64,000 nucleotides of DNA. Source: Phoronis australis (lineage: Eukaryota > Animalia > Phoronida). Shown one piece after another: positions 60,571 through 64,000 of the stretch. Location of the stretch: positions 422,866-486,865 of the forward strand of contig NMRA01000232.1 in the NCBI GenBank assembly GCA_002633005.1, given 5' to 3'. Every line of letters starts with the position of its first letter. Position 1 is the first letter of the stretch. Made by a program: the position numbers and the translations under genes. The notes below the pieces were generated by a model. It ran no database searches. It was not told the origin of the DNA and saw only the letters and a program-made list of their open reading frames with translations.

Positions 60571-62018
60571 TTGCCGAGAGGCGTCGCGTTAACCTGTGAG
60601 GAAAGTGAGAAACGACGCAGCGACGTCGGTGGTTCGTCTGCAGAGTTATGCCGCTATTGCGGTGCATTGTTCCCGCTTATCCGAACTATGAAGCTGCGAA
60701 GAAAGCGGGTATATCGTTTTTCGACTTCCTCGAGAGCCCCAAATACTTAGGAAGTGGCTTGCAGTAGTGAAGAATGAAAGGTACGCTGTTCATAGCAAGT
60801 ATGAGGCCGTGAAATATCTCCGTGTCTGTGGCCGGCATTTCGTCGACAGTGATTTCTCTGACGAATTCCGGCTTACCAAAGAACTATCCAATACGTTCCG
60901 TTGTCTGTGCATGGTCACGTCGCCTCTCTAGTATTTCTTGATCAGTGTATTCCGGTTCGAACTGATAGCCTGTGAAACCTAATCCGACCAGTGAAATCTC
61001 CGTCGAATGAGTTCTTGATTACTAGAGTCGGGATTAGCGCCGGGCGAGTTGCCATGTATTCTGCGTTCTGTTTCAAAATGAATTATTCTCATCCTAACCA
61101 ATGCTTGTATAAAACTGAAACAAAGTCTGTCTCACTAGATACAATTTGTAATGCCTTTGCAGTATTCGTGAGTGCAAATGTTGAGAATCCAGCAATGAAT
61201 AAACCACTGCGTTACCGGCATTTCATGCCGGCAATAAAGGTAATTGACCGGGCACCCGGGGCCGTGTGAGCGCATGCTAATTCAGTGTTTGCTGACAGAA
61301 AGCTGTTGCGAAACAATTACTCGATTTTATAAGCTATAGTCACATGTTAGGGGAATCTTTATTTGAAAATACAAATACATTATTCAAATCATTTTTAATG
61401 TACAACCTTTGCCCTGACGGTCTGTGGAAGGGGAACTCGACTTCGCGGCCCCGACAAGTAAGTAGATTTTCAGTTTCGTGGCTAATTCAAGTAAATCATT
61501 ACGTGCACATTATCATGTTCTTTGGCTCACTATTGTAGTCTTTTCGGGACTGGAGGTTTGGTTTCCAACTCAAGCTGGTTTATGTTCGTGCCAGTCCTGA
61601 TCGGATTCCGACCCACTGGCCAGGATAACGAGTCAGTCCGGCCGCGACGGGCCTGATCGGGTTCCGAGCCACTGGCCGGGATAACAAGCAATTGTGTGTT
61701 TAGAACTCAAAAAATCACAAGTCTAAACAGCACAGATCTAGGTTCTCTTTTTTGTATTTCACGGAAGAATACTTCGAATTTATCTCCGAAAAGACCCCAA
61801 ACTCATGCTACGGACCTTGGTAAATTGGCCTGCCGAACTTTGTACTAGGCTACGGTGTGTCCAAATACCAATAAATCCGTAACAGCGAAATAAAACAACA
61901 CGATTTTATAAGAACTTGGTGTATTTTTAAGGGTTTTACAACGAAGTTTGGTGATTTATTGGTGTTAAACTTTGAATTCAAGCGATAAACTGAGACCAGT
62001 AATCCGTGGCATTCTCCT
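60485..62018 (+). mobile_element. Kolobok-like non-autonomous DNA transposon, copy B, with THAP remnant
   Basis: TTA(T)|AGGAGAATGCCAC ... GTGGCATTCTCCT|TTAA; THAP MPLLRCIVPAYPNYEAAKKAGISFF/RLPREPQILRKWLAVVKNERY...LRVCGRHFVDSDF at 60648-60860; internal ccactggcc.ggataac direct repeats. Confidence 0.8.
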
Positions 62019-62183
62019 TTAAGTTGACTGGCAAGCTAACGAACAAAGCCAGTCTACAGTAAGCCACAAACGGCCGACTCAGTTGTTGTCTTCTTGTGAG
62101 GTTATTGTCAAATTTCCCCGTACAACTCTGAAGTATTATACATGTACTGTACCTTGCTTGGAGTTGCTGCCCTAGGTAAATTA

Positions 62184-63151
62184 CATAGGCGGATTTAAGG
62201 GGGGCCCAGGGGGCCCGGCCCCCCTCCTTGGCTGCCGCAAAAAATAAAACACCAAGGGCGTAGGGAAATGTTGAGTTTATCAATTAACCCGGGTAATTAA
62301 AATTATACGGATGAAACAAGATTTAAATGTGTGTATTTTTAGTGTTTGGGGGGGGGGCTCAGATCCAATTTCAAGTGTCAAATTCCGAACACGGCGCAAT
62401 CGTAACGGAACTATATTGCTAAATATAGGCTCTCCCGTGATATCCCAGGCGACCAGCAGTGGCGCTGCGCACTACGACTCCGTTTCCGTCGTCTGCTCCA
62501 CTGTGCAATGAAGAAAATTTACTTCAAAACGGAACCTGAGTGACGATGAAAAAACAGAAGCTACTGGTAAGATGTGAATTTTAATCGAAGCCTTAGTGAA
62601 TCACTCAGAAACTCATAATTCTCTCTTTGTCAAACGTTAACTTAATACGATTTCCAAAGCAATCCCGTCATAATTGCCAACACGAAAAACGGATTTGGTC
62701 TTTTGGGTATTTGAAGACAATTTTAAATACAACAAATTTGTTACGAACCGAGTGCACAAAATATAAAACGTGTAATAAGCATTACAAAAAGAAATAGGTT
62801 TCGCGCGCAAATGCTGTGGACCATAAACAAGTAGGTCTCTTCAAGCATCAGATTAGGAGTTAAATCGTTGTGGTGCAGTGGTAAAGCACGCGCGCTCTAT
62901 CCGCCAGGTCGTGACTTCGAGTATGTGGTATGTGCAGTTTTTCCTGTTTGACACATTCTCCATTTTTGCCTTTTTTCTTGGATAATACTTCAGGAATCAA
63001 GGAAAATGCTTGATTTTTAGAGGAAAAAACAGAAAAATTTCCTCCCGACCTCCCCCCATTCGGTGCTATGCGCATCTACAATCGTGGTTTGCGCAAATGC
63101 TTACAGAAAAAATGTTGCCCCCCCTTGTGATATCCTCTAGATCCGCCACTG
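62184..63151 (+). mobile_element. Intact 968-bp non-autonomous hAT-like (hAT5-type) element
   Basis: TIRs CATAGGCGGATTTA / TAGATCCGCCACTG; flanks AATTA/TATTA (4/5 match, 5-bp TSD); same TIR family as 4177-4356. Confidence 0.75.
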
Positions 63152-64000
63152 TATTAAACCTACATTTCGCCCTGTTTGACTGGCTTGAAAAACGAATATC
63201 GAATTAGGCCTTTTACCCTCATAAAATCACAATATTCTTTAAGATGACAACTGCTATTTCGGCGTTACCAACAGGGCGACTGTCAAAACCACCAGCGATC
63301 CAAAAACGACTTCAGACTGTATTGGGGTTGTCCATCTCTAAAACTGCGAATTTGACAATGGTGCATGTACGCAGATTGCTTGTGACTTGAGTGGTCAAAT
63401 GGAAAGAATCATGTCACGATGCCGAATATTTGATACCGTTTATAAGAGCAAGAGGCCAAATTCGATTTTCGTTTTTTGCCCCGCTAAACAGGGTGAATTA
63501 TAGTTTTAAGTGAGTCAACAGTTTGAGACATCAGTTAACATGAGTCGATCCATTTCATGATAAAAAGTAAACTACGAGCGCAAACATGCGCATTACCCTC
63601 TGGACATTACAATGACCAAATGCAACGGTTTGGTTTGCCAAATTGCGTTCCACGAGGTTTTGACCTGGAGCTCTGTGTTTGTAAGTACTGATTCACAGAC
63701 AGGTAATGTGCCTATGACCGCGTATGCTAGAGACTGCTCTGATTATTGACTCTTGAACACGCGTATTGCTTCAGAAAGATCTACTCATTCGGATTTCGAT
63801 GGCAGTGTCGATTAATTACATTGGTCAGTGCTGCTATACGCTAGTGTCTGCCATCTGTAGGAGTTTGAAGTTCATGATGTCGCTGCTTTACTTATCTTGT
63901 TACAGTCGGTCGCGTTTTTCCATTACTCTGCTGGCTTATCATGTAGTCATTTACAAATCTATTCTCTTTGTCTCAAGAGGATGATTAGTTACAACGAAGG

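Noticed and set aside
44000-64000. Numerous 60-130 aa ORFs in the right third of the window
   Set aside because: No domain signatures or consistent splice phases; expected by chance or derived from repeats.

Overview
Eukaryotic (animal, invertebrate-like, AT-rich) genomic DNA with spliceosomal introns; no prokaryotic systems, CRISPR arrays, rRNA or intact tRNA were seen. Two convergent protein-coding genes could be built by hand from GT-AG boundaries with consistent phases. (1) On +, the 3' part (11 exons, 1259-21866, ~521 aa, start lies upstream of the window) of a coiled-coil, then Q/G-rich, then acidic protein, tentatively GOLM1/GOLM2(CASC4)/GOLIM4-like. It has a 21-bp GQQGQNL coding repeat and a cluster of microexons (17 nt; candidates of 15 nt and a stop-bearing 9 nt). 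(2) On -, a complete 8-exon synaptotagmin-12-like gene (42201-36013, ~429 aa) with a fully in-frame, stop-free intron in the C2A-C2B linker. The rest is intronic/intergenic and rich in decayed transposons: a nested hAT-like > Academ-like > Harbinger-MITE stack, two TTAA-flanked THAP-bearing Kolobok-like elements, Helentron/HINE-like elements, a LINE ORF1 remnant and several MITEs. Two near-identical duplications abut N gaps and are probably haplotype assembly artefacts. I do not see firm evidence of a new biological system; the best leads are the microexon/stop-microexon switch in gene 1 and the open linker intron in Syt12. All family assignments are from recalled motifs, not database searches.
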